Below are positions 63,898 to 64,000 of a stretch of 64,000 bases of DNA, piece by piece. Position numbers and translations under genes: made by a program. The stretch comes from a virus, in IMG/VR virus record IMGVR_UViG_3300043436_003813, positions 6,355 to 70,354 of that record; one strand, 5' to 3'. The notes under the pieces are model-generated. The model was not told where the DNA came from and made no database searches. It worked only from the letters and a program-made list of their open reading frames with translations. Every line of letters starts with the position of its first letter. Position 1 is the stretch's first letter.

Positions 63898-64000
63898 ATG
63901 GCTACCGACGAAAAAATCTACGCTGAGCGCATCGCACACGCTAAAATCAGTCTCGATTTCTGGTGGGGGCAGTATGCAAAATATGCCGACGCAAACGCCG
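63898..64000 (+). CDS. 5' end of a gene running off the window (MATDEKIYAERIAHAK...)
   Basis: ATG 19 nt after GTTAGGC; open to the window end. Confidence 0.5.
   Translation, partial: MATDEKIYAERIAHAKISLDFWWGQYAKYADANA

Noticed and set aside
1-64000. Prophage or lysogeny module
   Set aside because: No integrase, repressor/cro switch or flanking host genes recognised; lifestyle cannot be settled because the window may not be the whole genome.

Overview
The whole window reads as most of one GC-rich, podovirus-like dsDNA phage genome. A Verrucomicrobiota (Opitutae-like) host is inferred from a prepilin signature and from A/C-rich, Shine-Dalgarno-less gene starts. The minus strand (about 0.95-50.4 kb) carries small accessory genes and a recombination module (RuvC-like resolvase, PD-(D/E)xK nuclease, SSB-like proteins). 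It also carries internal virion proteins, tail tube/fibre/spike genes, holin- and spanin-like genes, major capsid, scaffold, portal, primase-helicase, a replication initiator and terminase. A six-gene sugar-modification cluster with GDP-L-fucose synthase sits inside the head module, and a tRNA-Arg(UCU) lies near a block of structured non-coding RNAs. The plus strand (about 50.4-64 kb) holds short early-type genes with repeated promoter and junction elements. No integrase, DNA polymerase, RNA polymerase or clear endolysin is visible. The most striking signals are: integron-type attC-bounded gene cassettes with no IntI (46.2-47.0 kb, plus half-sites at both window ends); an unannotated 57-aa type IV prepilin mimic; a tandem block of structured ncRNAs including an aberrant tRNA-like RNA; a repeat-flanked tail-fibre cassette; and a probable virion glycosylation locus. 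All calls come from reading the sequence by eye; no searches were run.
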